Positions 39,413 to 55,499 of a stretch of DNA of 64,000 bases are shown piece after piece (positions within the stretch are counted from its first letter, which is position 1; each line of letters opens with the position of its first letter). The position numbers and the translations under genes are program-made. Below the pieces are notes generated by a model. It worked only from the letters and a program-made list of their open reading frames with translations, had not been told where the DNA came from and made no database searches. The DNA comes from the human T2T-CHM13v2.0 reference genome, Homo sapiens, in NCBI RefSeq assembly GCF_009914755.1, contig NC_060939.1. One strand, written 5' to 3'.

Positions 39413-41536
39413 TTCCTGTCTTCTTATATCAATAAGAAAAATAAAATGAAAAAGTGGTAAAGTGTTGGAGCAGCGAAAATTTTGGGGGGTGGTATGGAGA
39501 GACAATGGGCGATGTTTCTCAGGGCAGCTTCGAGCGGGATTAGGGGCGGCGTGGGAACCTAGAGTGGGAGACATTAAGCTGAAGGAAGATTTTGCGGTAA
39601 GGGGTGATATTGTGGGATGGTTAGAAGAAACATTTGTCGTATAGAATTATTGGTGATGGCCTGGATATGGTTTTGTATGAATTGAAAAACTAAAAGGAAT
39701 AAGACAAGGAGAAAAACAGGTATTAAAGGACTAAGAATTGGGAGGATATAGGACATCCAATTAGAGAGTGCCTAAGGAGGTTCAGCATAGCCCTGCCAGC
39801 AAAGATTATTTATTTACTTTAAGAGGGAGTTAAGAGTGGCGGTTTGGGGCTAGCACCAGGAGATACCAGCTGTGATGGATTGCAGAAACAGTTTACTGAC
39901 AGTGTAAACAAGAGCGGGGCATTTAGGAATAGTTGAGAATGGTGAATAGGAGTATGACTAGACAGAAGATAGTCATATTTGTCATGACAAGTTTTTTGGG
40001 GTGCAGTCCAAGTTGTTCTGGTGTCTGGAATGAGACTGGGACCTAATAAAAAGGAGCGTCTATGCAGGAGCTCAAATGGGCTGTACCCTGTAGCATTCTG
40101 AGGACAGGCCTGAATTCTGAGAACGACAAGTGGTAAAAGTATTGTCCAGTCCTTTTTAAGTTGGTGGCTGAGCTTGGTGAGGTGTGTTTTTAACAGACCA
40201 TTAGTCCATTCTACCTCTCCTGAAGACTGAGGACGGTAAGGGATATAAAGGTTTCACTGAATACCAAGAGCCTAAAAAGCTGGTTGGGTGATTTGACTAA
40301 TAAAGGCCGGTCTGCTATCAGACCGTATAGAGGTGGGAAGGCCAAACCGAGGAATTATGTCTGACAGAAGGGAAGAAATGACCATGGTGGCCTTCTCAGA
40401 CCCTGTAGGAAAGGTCTCTACCTATCCAGTGAAAGTATCTACCCAGACCAAGAGGTATTTTAGTTTTCTGACTTGAGGCACGTGAGTAAAGTCAATTTGC
40501 CAGTCCTGGGCAGGGGCAAATCCCCGAGCTTGATGTGTAGGGAAGGGAGGGGGCCTGAGAAATTCCTGAGGAGTAGTAGAATAGCAGATGGAACACTGAG
40601 AAGTGATTTCCTTGAGGATAGATTTCTACGATGGAAAGGAAATGAGAGGTTCTAACAGGCAGGCTAGTGGCTTGTAACCTACATGGAAGAGGTTATGAAA
40701 TGATGACAGAATAGAATGGGCCTGTGAGGCTGGAAGGAGTTATTTTCCTTGGTCTAAGAACCGTTTGCCTTGTGTGGGAAGAGATTGATAGGTGGAAGTT
40801 TCAGCAGGGGAGCAGGTGGGAGTGGCCAGATGAGAAGGAGAAAAACTGAAAGTGAGGGATGTAATTTGGAACGCTAGCTGCTTTTTTAGCTATCTTATCA
40901 GCATAAGCATTGTCCTGAGCAGTGGGATCTGATGCCTTTTGATGGCCTTTGCAGTGAATGACTCCAGCTTCCTTTGGAAGTAAAGCGGCTTTGAGAAGCG
41001 TTTTATTAAAGAGGCATTAATGATGGAGGACCCTTGCGTAGGGAGGAAATCTCTTTCAGCCCATATAACAGCATGGTGGTGCAAGATATAGAAGGCATAT
41101 TTAGAGTCAGTACAAATATTGACGCGTAGTCCTTTTGCAAGAGTGAGGGCTCAAGTTAAGGCAGTGAGTTCGGCTTGCTGAGAGGTAGTGGAGGGCAGCA
41201 GAAAGTATAAGCATCAGGTGTGAGTAAGAAAATAGATTTTGGAAGTTATGAGAACGGTAGAGAGTGAGTTGAACACATTTTGTGATTCTGAGGGCCTCTA
41301 AAAGTATTAAGGCAGTGGTAGCCGCTGCACACAGACATGAGGGCTACGCTAAAACAGTAAGGTTAAGTTGTTTGGACAGAAAGGCTACAGGGTGCAGTCC
41401 CGGCTCTTGTGTATGAATTCTGACTGCACTAACCATGCCTAGGAAGGAAAGGAGTTGTTGTTTTGTAGAAGTGATTGAGGTTTGGGAGATCAGTCAGACA
41501 CGATCAGCAGGGAGAGCACGTTTGTTTTTATGAGAA

Positions 41537-42847
41537 TTATGCCGAGATAGGTAACAGATGAGGATGATATTTGGGCTTGACTGAGGTAATGGGGGCTATC
41601 TGTGAAGGCTTGTGGCAGTACAGCCCAGGTAATTTGCTGAGCCTGATGGGTGTCAGGGTCAGTCTAAGTGAAAGCAAAGAGAGGCTGGGATGAAGGGTGC
41701 AAAGGGATAGTAAAGAAAGCATGTTTGAGATCCAGAAGAGAATAATGGGTTGTGGAGGGAGGTGTTGAGGATAGGAGAGTATATGGGTTTGGCACCATGG
41801 AGTGGATAGGCAAAACAATTTGGTTGGAAAGGTGCAGATCCTGAACTAACCTGTAAGGCTTGTCTGGTTCTAGGACAGGTAAAATGGGGGAATTGTAAGG
41901 AGAGTTTATAGGCTTTAAGAGGCCATGCTGTAACAGGGAGTGATAACAGGCTTTAATCCTTTTAAAGCATGCTGTGGGATGGGATATTGGCATTGAGTGG
42001 GGTAAGGGTGATTAGGTTTTAATGAGATGGTAAGGGATGCATGATCGGTCACCAAGGAGGGAGTACAGGTATCTTATACTTGTAGGTTAAGGTGGGGGAT
42101 ATGAGAGGAGGAAGTGAAGGAGGCTTTGAACTGGGGGAAAAGTTGGCAATGAGGTGTGGCTGTAGCCTAGGAATAGTTAGGGAAGCAGATAATTTAGTTA
42201 AAATGTCTCGGCCTAATAAGGGAACTGGCAGGTGGGGATAACTAAAAGGAGTGCTTAAAGGAGTATTGTCTAAGTTGGCACCAGAGTTGGGGAGTTTTAA
42301 GAGGTTTAGAAGCCTGGCCATCAATACCTACAACAGTTATGGAGGCAAGGGAAACAGGCCCTTGAAAAGAAGGTAATGTGTAGTGGGTAGCCTCCGTATT
42401 GATTAAGAAGGGGACAGACTTACCTTCCACTGTGAGAGTTACCTGAAGCTCGGCATCCATGATGGTCTAGGGGGCTTCTGAGGCGATCGGGCAGCATCAG
42501 TCTTCAGCCGCTAAACTGAGAAGATCTGGGAAGGAGTCAGTCAGAGAGCACTGGGCCACAGTTCCAGGGACTCTGGGAGTGGCTGCCAGGTGAGTTGAAC
42601 AGTCCAATTTTCAGTGGGGTCCCGCATAGATGGGACATGGCTTAGGAGGAATCCTGGACTGCAGGCATTCCTTGGCCCAGTGGCCAGATTTCTGGCACTT
42701 GTAGCAAGCTCCTGGGGGAGGAGGTTCTGGAGGAACGTCTGGCCGCTGCGGTTGAGGTGTTTGGAAGTTCTTGTGTGCTGGAGATGTGGCTGGGGTTTGT
42801 TTCACAGTGGAGGCAAGGAATTGCAAAATTTTTCTATTATTGTACAC
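41537..42847 (-). pseudogene. HERV-H gag(NC)-pro-pol(RT) remnants, fragmented
   Basis: CYKCQKSGHWAKEC zinc knuckle (ORF 42611..42847); protease-like VPFLINTEAT with a dead DTG site (42242..42460); RT motifs SPYNSPILPV..YRLVQDL..LLDLKHAFFTIPL (41664..41993). Confidence 0.9.
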
Positions 42848-44266
42848 CTTGAAGGCGAGGTTAATTAAGTCCTGTTGTGGGGTTTGAGGGCCAGAATTTA
42901 ATTTTTGGAGCTTTATTTAAAGTTGGGAGCAGATTGGGTAATGTATATTGAGAATAAGGTGGCCTTTTGACTTTTTAGGGTCTAGGGCTGTAAAGTGTCT
43001 CAGGGTTGCTACCAAACGAGCCATGAACTGGGCTGGGTTTTTCATATTTGATGAAAAAGAGCCTAAATGCTAACTGATTTGGGAGAGGTCGGATAAAGAA
43101 AAAGGAGTATTAACCTCGACTGTGCCTTTAGCTCCAGCCACCTTTTTAAGAGGAAATTCTTGGGCAGGTCAGGGAGGGCTGGTCACAGAACGAAACTGTA
43201 AGCAGGACCAGGTGTGAGGAGGGGAGGCTGAGGAAGAATTGGACCTAGCTCAGCCTGGCAAGGAGCAGCCTGGGGAGGAGGGGAGAGGTCAGATGGGTCT
43301 GTAGAAAAGGAAGATTAGAAAGACCCAGTGATGCTTGGGGTTGGGACTGAGGGAACAGGCGAGAGGCAAAGAAGGAGGATTTGGGATGAGTCACATTGGA
43401 AACAGAGACTAGGGAGGGAACAGTGTGTGAAAGAATGCCTGGACGTCAGGCACCTCAGACTGTTTGCCTATTTTACGACAAGAATTATTTAGATCTTGTA
43501 GGATGGAAAAATTGAAAGTGCCATTTTCTGGCTATTTGGAACCACTGTCGAGTTTGTATTGGGGTCAAGCGGCATTGCAGAAGAAAAGGTGTTTAGATTT
43601 TAGGTCAGGTGTGAGTTGAAGAGGTGTTAAGTCTTTGAGAACACAGGCTAAGGGAGAAGGAGGAATGGAGGGTGGAAGGTTGCCTATAGTGAAGGAAGCA
43701 AGTCCAGAGAAAAGAGGGTAGAGACACAGAGAGAAGGGATGGGGGATGCTTGCCCCCCAGGAAACTGGAGAAGGGGTAGAGACATGGAGAGAAGGGATCG
43801 GGGGTTTCCTTCCCCCCAGAAAAGCAGTACTTGCCGCTGAGGGTGACAGGACCAAGGCAGGCATCCCCACGTGGTCAGATACCTCTGAAACGTGGGTGAA
43901 TAATCAGGCAGGTGTCCCCGCATGATTAAACACCAAGGGAAGACTGTCTTCCCGAGTCCGAGACTGGCGCCGGAGTTTTGGGTCCACAGATAAAACATGT
44001 CTCCTTCGTCTCTACCAGAAAAGGAAAGGAACTGAAATTAAGAGAAGGGAGAGACTGAAGTATGGTGCCAAGATTCAAAGGAGAAAGAGGTTGTGGGATA
44101 GTAACAGAGGTTGGAGAAGAGAGTAAAAAAGGCTGCTTACCAGATTTAAAAATGGTGAGATGTTCCTTGGGCTGGTTGGTCTGAGGACCAGAGGTCGTAG
44201 GTGGATCTTTCTCATGGAACAAAGAGCAGGAGGACAGGGGATTGATCTCCCAAGGGAGGTCCCCCG

Positions 44267-44284
44267 ATCAGAGTCACAGCACCA
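44267..44284 (-). other. Primer binding site for tRNA-His
   Basis: TGGTGCTGTGACTCTGAT versus canonical TGGTGCCGTGACTCGGAT (2 mismatches). Confidence 0.9.
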
Positions 44285-44286
44285 AA

Positions 44287-44689
44287 TTTCACTCGTGTCT
44301 GTGTGAAGAGACCACCAACAGGCTTTCTGTGAGCAACAAGACTGCTTATTTCACCTGGGTGCAGGCGGGCCGAGTCCAAAAAGAGAGTCAGCAAAGGGAG
44401 ATGGGGTGGGGCCGTTTTATAAGATTTGGGTAGGTAAAGGAAAAAGGGGGGTTGTTCTCTGGCAGGCAGGGGTGGGGGTCACAAGGTGCTCAGCGGGGGA
44501 GTTTTTGAGCCAGGATGAGCCAGGAGAAGGAATTTCACAAGGTAATTGTCATCAGTTAAGGCAGGAACAGGCCATTTTCACTTCTTTTGTGGAGGAATGT
44601 CATCAGTTAAGGCAGGAACTGGCCATCTGGATGCATACATGCAGGTCACAGGGGATGTGATGGCTTAGCTTAGGCTCAGAGGCCTGACA
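44287..44689 (-). promoter_or_regulatory. HERV-H 5' LTR7 (promoter LTR)
   Basis: Adjacent to the PBS. TATAAAA at 44415..44421 (-). Confidence 0.9.
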
Positions 44690-45531
44690 GTAAGTGTTAC
44701 TTGTTTCTCCTTCTTTTGATGATAATTGTGTTCTGCTATTTCATAAAGAAAGGTCTACATTAATTAGTTGATAATGTAATTAGTTTATTAGCCACATGTA
44801 ACAAGAAATAATAGAAAAGAAAGCTTAGGGTCCACATAGGGTGGTTCAACTTACTTATAAAGGTAATTTACATCACCTATAAAGAGTACCTCTTCATCCT
44901 GGGGCTGTTGCAAGATAGTTGTATCATGCAAAAGCATCTGTTGTTCTTGCAGTCAGGAATTAGATGAAAGGGTTGAAGGCCAGGCTTATAAAAATGACTT
45001 CTCCTTGTGTCTTCACACTTTTCTCCTGTATTATTCCTGCAGTTCTGTGACCCATGCCCCCGTAGAGTAATGACAGAACATAGCACCTCTGCCTGCATGG
45101 ATGCTGCCATGATAACCCTGTCTCCTTCTTACCACTGGATATGAAGATTGGCTTGATGAAATTGGGACAAATTGTTCTCCAGAATACCAGGTCCATCTTC
45201 TCCATTCTCCTGCTTTCCCAGGTGCCTGCCACAGTGCAGCCTGGGACTCTCTGAAAGCAGTAACCTGAAGCCTTACTAGGTCTCAATCATTGTTTCACAT
45301 CACTCAGGTATCATTCTATCCTTCATTGTCTTGTGTACAGTTTTCTGCAAACTGTTGTCTCATATCTTTCCCTTTTGCATGTGTTTACATGAGATAAGGT
45401 ATGTCCCAATGCTATAGCTTTATCCACAACACCTTGGTTTCTTCCTTATACAATTACTCAATCATTACTGTACCTCTGGCTTGGCTATCTGCTTCCAGCT
45501 GGCAATATTAAGGTTAATAAAGAAGAATGTG

Positions 45532-48043
<2,512 letters not shown>

Positions 48044-49734
48044 AAAGAAGAGCGTGAATGAAGTTTATAAAGAGAGATAACTGCACTACCATTGTATTGC
48101 CAAAGGGAAGGTCAGAATTAACCAATGCACTGAGTCTTAAGAGTCTCCATGGGGTTGTCTACTGTATGTCAATGAATGAATGTTTTAAGAAAAATCTAAA
48201 GAAAAGAATAATATCTTTGCCAATCAATTACACATACAATAGCATTATTTTATAATTACAATAAAATCCTTTATAGAATTATAAAGTTTTATTCACATAA
48301 AAATTAAAGCAAAATTTAAATAACTCATAAATTAATCCATAAATATATTGGTATTCTGATTCTGATTGTTATGAATCATATTTTCATCCAGAGTTACAGG
48401 TGGTATAACATCACCCACTGGTATGAAGAATTATAGCAATGAAACATTGCTTTATAAAGGAGGCTGCACCATTGCCTGTGTGATTTCTGCCTTTCCTATT
48501 AACACACATTCTTCAAATTATAATGCAGGTGAACTTTATTTATGCAGCTGAACTTTCCAGAAGATGACAGCATAAGATGTCAGGGGAAATTGTTCCATGT
48601 GCAGACACTGAAAACTATGCCATGGCTGCCACCAGAGTAATAATAATTATGATAAAATGTGAAAAAAGTACTAAAAGAGGTGAAATGTGGTAACTGATAC
48701 AGACACAAAAATACCTATCAAGAGAGCATATTGATAAACTGAATCTTAGAATCTTAGAGCACAAGAAGACTTTCCTTGATCTCAGAGGACAAACCTGTCC
48801 AAAAGGATAAGAAGTACAAATCGTTGAGAATTAGCATGGTCCATAGCAGGTCTCTATGGTGGTTTGAGAATGGTGCGGCTGGAGAAGAGACTGGCTGAGG
48901 GAAAAGTCAGGGCTCACATCCTGTCCTCAGAACAGAAGAAAGTAAAAAAAAAAAAAAAGGTTAATCTTCAAGTTCAAAACCCCTTCAGATTGAAAGAATG
49001 TTGGAGTTTATTGGGAAAAATATAGGTGAAGAATTTGAGAGATTCATTCATTAGTGAAATCCAGTATAAAGGATAATTTTCTGTTGTTCTTTGTCCACTA
49101 CCTGTGTGGAGTTTGTAAGGGAGCCACATCGACAAAGTATTCATATTCTCTGGTATTTCAGTTCAGTGGGTATTGAAAAAACTTAACAGAAATATGCACT
49201 ATAGGTGAAAGAGCTGCCCTTGAGAACTCAGGGCAAAGGCATCAGACCTGGAATGGGATGAACAAAGGAGACCTGTAGGAGGAGGAACATTGGAGGAGAT
49301 TCTGGAAAGTGAGAATCAGTGAGTCCAGCAAATGGGAAGGAAAGAGGAGAAAGTGTGTCTGTGGCACAGGCCAAGCCATGAGAAGGGGCAGTGGATTGGA
49401 AGGACTACTGGGATCAGTAATATATGAGGACAGGAGCAGGAAGGGCAGACCATGGAGGGACTGAGGATAGACACAATGGATACGTTTCTTCATTAACATA
49501 CACATGTTCACACATCTATGTCTCCATCTTCTCTTACATGTTCTTTGATATTCTCATGCAAACCTCATGGTATTCTCGTGTGTCTCGGCAAAACATATAT
49601 GACTTTACTATTTCCATCACAGGGCCTCTTTTAAATTATATACATAGCAATTGCTACCGACCTAAATTTCTTTGGTGAATTATTTATATGTACAGTATTT
49701 GCCTACTTAGTAAACAAACAAACAAACATCCCCC

Positions 49735-50396
49735 TGTGAACCCAAAATATCTGAGATAGATCTCAACGAATTTAGGAAGATTATTTTGCCAAGGTTAAGG
49801 ATGTGCTTGTGACACAGCCTCAGGAGGTCCTGACAACATGTGCCCAAAATGGTCGGGGCACAGCTTGCTTTTATCCATTTTAGGGAGTCATGAGACATCA
49901 GTAAATATGTGTAAGATGTACATTGGTTGGGTCAGGAAAAGCAGGACAACTCGATGTAAGAGGCTTCCAGACCATAGGCAGATAAGAGACAAAAGGTTAC
50001 ATTTTTTTGAATCCTTGGTCAGCCTTTCACTGAATACACAATTTAGTCTGGCTCGGTGAATCTGCATTTTTACATAAACAATAGGGCAGAGGAAGCAATC
50101 AGATATGCATTTGTCTTAGGTGAGCAGAGGGATGACTTTCTGTCCCACACCTGTGACGATAAGCTGTCAGTTTACATTGCCAGGGTGAAATTCAACAGAA
50201 CTGTTTTAGAGTAGAAATCTTGAGGCCCACAAGGAATGTTCTTGTGGGCAAATTGTGAGGAGGATGTGTAGCTTTAGCTTTGTAGCTATCTTATTTAGGA
50301 ATAAAATGAGAGGCGGGTTTGTCTGACATCGTTCCCTGCTTCACTTTTCCCTTGGCTTAGTGAGTCTAGGGTCCCAAGATTTATTTTCTTTTCACA
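49735..50396 (-). mobile_element. MER4A-like ERV1 solo LTR
   Basis: Reverse complement starts tgtgaaaagaaaataaatcttgggacc...cactaagccaagggaaaagt. TG..CA ends; TSD cccc/ccac. Confidence 0.85.
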
Positions 50397-50477
50397 CCAC
50401 TTTAGTATGCTTTTGGTTGATCATTTCTGACAAGAAGTATCTCCTCATTTCATGGGGGAGTCACCTCTGTATGCTCT

Positions 50478-51042
50478 TGTCAGGTTCACGACTATGGCAA
50501 TTGTCACGCCAGGGGTCGGGTTCCAGCCCATGCTGAGGTCCTAAGGGAGTGGGTGGATGAGCAGAAAGAACACTTGGGGGGCCGTAGGCAGGTGAAAGAT
50601 GATTTTATTCAGTAGCAACTCTCATTAACAGCTTTCTCACACTGTCCAGCCTGTCTCATCTGCTTAGTGCTGCGGCCCCCACACACAGCTGCGCAGCCAG
50701 CTCTGCCTTGCCTTCAGGGTCAGCAGCTTAACCCTTTCTCTCTCTGGGCACAAGCGAGCCTAGCTGGATCCTGGCTTCCCTCTGTCCGTCTGCAAAGACG
50801 GACAGCTCTGGCTCCCTCTCTTTCTCTGGGTGCTAGTGTGTCTGCACAGTGTTAACAGAACAATTACACCTTTTACGGACAATAGTGGCATAGAGACAAG
50901 TAATGGCCTTCCCATGTTATGGCTACATGGCTGTGATAAGAAGTGGAGCTACATGCCTGCACTCTAAACTCGCTAAGTCATGCAGGATGTAAACATCCTA
51001 CCTCGGCCGATCCTTGACCAAAGCACAGCCATGTTCCTTACA
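50478..51042 (-). mobile_element. LTR18A-like ERVL solo LTR
   Basis: Reverse complement starts tgtaaggaacatggctgtgctttggtcaagg. Perfect 5-bp TSD gctct at 50473..50477 and 51043..51047. Confidence 0.78.
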
Positions 51043-52012
51043 GCTCTTAAGCGAGGGTTTTGTTTGGGATGTTGTGTTTTCCTTCTTAATTTTGGATGCT
51101 TTTATGTTCTGCAGACTATTAAGCTATCAATATTTATTCCAAAATTCCAATTGCTTTATCTTTCATCTTGTTTTTGCTTTCTTTACAGTAAATATATTTC
51201 CTTCTAAGTTCTGCTTTCATTGCATCTCACATATTTTGGTAAGCTGTATTTTCACTTTTATTTATTTTATAAAAGTTTTTATTTCTCTTGAGATTTTTTC
51301 TTTGGGTCACATTGTATTTAAGAGTATAATGTTTAATCTCCGTGTATTTTGGGATTTTCCAGTTATCTTTCTGTTATTGATATCTAGTTTAATTTCATTG
51401 TTGTCAGAGAGTATATATTGTACAATTTTGATTCTCTTAAATATTTTAAGATGAGCTTTGTGTTCTAGAATATGTTTATTTTGGGGAAGATTCTGTGTGG
51501 GCTAGAGGAGAATGTATATTCTGCCTGTTGTTGAATTAAGTGATCTATAGATATAAGTTATATCCATATGAGTGATAGTGTTGAGTTCAAATATGTCCTT
51601 ACTGATTTTGTGTCTGCTGTATGTTTCCATTTCTGATAGAGAGGTGTTGAATTCTCCAACAATAGTGAATTCTTCTGTTTTTCCTTACAATTCTCTCACT
51701 TTCTGCCGCACATAGTTTGATACTCTATTATTACCTGTATACATGTTCAGGATTGTTAAATCTTCTTGAACAATTGACCCTTTTATTATTACCTAATGCT
51801 TTTGTTTATCCTTGATAATTTTGCTTGCTTCAATGTCTGTGCTATCAAAAATTAACACAGATACACGTACTTTCTTTTAATGCTAGCATGATATATTTGT
51901 TTCATCCTTTTACTTCTAATTTGTATGTATCTTTATATTTTAAGTGAGTTTCTTGTAAACAACTTATACTTTAGTGTTTTTTTAATCCACTCTGACAATC
52001 TGTGTCTTTTAA

Positions 52013-52320
<308 letters not shown>

Positions 52321-53869
52321 TAATTGGTGTATTTTGACAATTGGCATTCAATGACATTATTGATATAGTTGGGTTAATCTCTACCATCTTTTAGTTATTG
52401 CCCTTGTCTTTCTTCCAGTCGTTCCCTGCTTTTCATAGTTTAATTTGAGCATTTTATATGATTCAGTTTTCTCTCTTTTCTTAGCATATCAGTAATACTT
52501 CTTTGTACGTTTTTAGTGATTACCGTAGGGACTATTTTTTATTTAGTAGGTTTATTCTAAGAGATAACGCTTGGTAAAATAACAATAGCAACAATGTATT
52601 TGATTAGGTATACTAATGTATGTTATATATATAAACACATATACATAAATATTTATAGAAGTATGCTTATATATAAGTGAAACTCATGAAAGAATTTATA
52701 GCAAGAATGGAAGGAAAGAATTGGGGTATTCTGTTATAAAGTGTTGACACTACCTCTGAAGCAATATACTCTTATTTGAAAGGGAAATTGGATTAGCTTT
52801 AAATGTAATATTGCAAAGTATCGGTCAAGCTGTTGGACCAGGAGCCTCAGTTCCTTGCTGGCTGTTGGTCTGAGGCTGAATTCAGTTCCTTCCCATGTTG
52901 GCTTCTCCCAAATGGCAGAATGCCTCATCAAAGCCACTAAAGGAGAGAGTTTGCTAGCAAGACAGAAATCACAATCTTGTGTAGCATAATCATCCAAGTG
53001 ACATCCCAGCACCTTTGCAATATTTTGCTGTTTACAAGCAACTCACAGTGTCTGTCCAAACTCAGGATGAGACTATTAGAATACAAGGTTGTGTTTACCA
53101 ATAAATTGGGATAATTGGGTGCCGTGCTAGAGTCTGCCTGCCATATGAGGTCTTCTCCAATCTGCAACATTTTTTCAGACTTCACATATTTTAAATAACG
53201 TTGATGTGTTTGAAAAGAACTGGTTGGATATTTTGTAGAATGTCCCGCAATATAGATCTATCAGATCATGCTTGGACTAAGGTTATGGCTTAATTTAGAC
53301 GCTCATGTTTATCCAAATTTGAAGACAAAATACCAAGCAATATACTATTTGCAAATATAAACTAAAAGATAAAAATAATTAAAGAAAAATAAGGGAATGA
53401 CAAATAGACAATTCAAAATAACAGTAATCTTCCCCAGGCGAGGAAACAAATGCAACTTGGATATGCACACATGGGGCATCAACAATATTGATAATGTTCT
53501 GTTTATTAAGTTTGGCAGTAACTGACAAAAAGGCAAACTTTTCTATTTTAGAATAGTTTTAGATTTACAGAACAGTTGCAAAGACAGTACACAGTATTTA
53601 CACATACCATACATACAGTTTCCTTTATTATTTTCCTCATACATTAACGTGGTATATTTATCATAATTAGTGAATCATTAGGACACATTATTATTCATTA
53701 ACTTCCTAACTTTTTTCAGATTATCTTACTTTTTACTTAATGTCCTTTTTCTGTTTCAATATCCTACCTAAGCTCCCACATCACATTTAGATATCATGTC
53801 TCCCTTAGGCTCCAAAGGTTACGGTCAACTAATTTTATAAGGTTGTCAAGGAAATTCAGAATGAAATAT

Positions 53870-53901
<32 letters not shown>

Positions 53902-54550
53902 ATGTATTCTGAGACTCTTTTTTTATGAAATTGACATACCTAAATTTGGATTTCTCTGATATTTTTCTCATAATTTAAGTATACTTACATTAATTTATCT
54001 ATTTTGTTGCTCAAATTGTTCCAGTGTTGGTCCTTGGAAGGTCTTTTATATGATTCCTATACCATTTTGAAATACCTAGATCATTATGGTTTGGTTGGTT
54101 GTCTGTTTCATTGGTTTGATTTGTTGTTTAGCATTTTCTTATTTTTATTCATTACAAGGTACTTCTGGTTAATTTGCTTGGTTTCCTGCCCAATCCTAGT
54201 ACACACCATTTCTGCATGAAGTTCTAATTCCTTTTGCTCATGAATGGTATTAGAAGCAACCATTTGGCCAGTGGATGTACTCATTGCTACAAAGAAAAGG
54301 ATATTAATTCTAGATTTTGTCATCTGAAATAGCAAAAGAAAGAGCCTTTTATCTATCTCTATAATTCCACCTTTCCAGAGTGTCATATAAATGGATTTAT
54401 ACATTGTGTAGTCTTTACAAACTAGCTTTGTTCCACTGAAGCATATGCCTTTTATATTTGTGAAGTGTATCTCATGATGATGTAGATTTGCATTTCACTA
54501 AGGACTAAAAATGATAAGCATATTTTTATGTGTTTATTGGACATATCTAA

Positions 54551-54912
<362 letters not shown>

Positions 54913-55499
54913 GACATTTTATTTTTCATTTTTGAGTTGTAAGAATGTTTTATATCTTCTATTCAATAGACTTCTATCAGCTATATGTTTTGCAAACATT
55001 GTCTCTGATTGCTTGTGTACTCTTGATGGTGTGCTTTGAATTGGAATCACAAAATTTAATTCTGATGAAGTTCACTTTACCATTTTTAACATGTGACATT
55101 TGTATTTTGGTGTGATGTATTACAAGCCATTGTTTTCCTAAGGCACCAAAATGTATTTCTATGTTCTCCTATATGGGATTTGTACTTTCACCTCTTACAA
55201 CTGATTTTATATTTTTATGTATGGGTTAATTATTGGACACTCAATTCTATTCCATTGACCTATTAGTCTATCCTTATACCAGTAACACAATGCTGTGATT
55301 ACTGTCAGTCTGTATAAGTTTTGAAATCAGGAATTATGAATCCAGGACTCCAAACTTGTTCTCCTATTCAAGATTGTGTTGGCTGTACTGGAGCACTAGC
55401 ATTTCCATAGGAATTTTATAAACCATTTGCCAAATACTACCGAAAAACTTTTACGAAGGAAGATTTCTTTTTTTTTCCTGGTAGGTATTATACTTTATT

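Larger units (their letters stand above)
39020..44689 (-). mobile_element. HERV-H provirus (~5.67 kb, internally deleted, no recognisable env), LTR7-family LTRs
   Basis: Paired LTRs at 39020..39412 (3') and 44287..44689 (5'); His-tRNA PBS; polypurine tract next to the 3' LTR; TSD ataag/gtaag; gag, pro and pol remnants. Confidence 0.96.
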
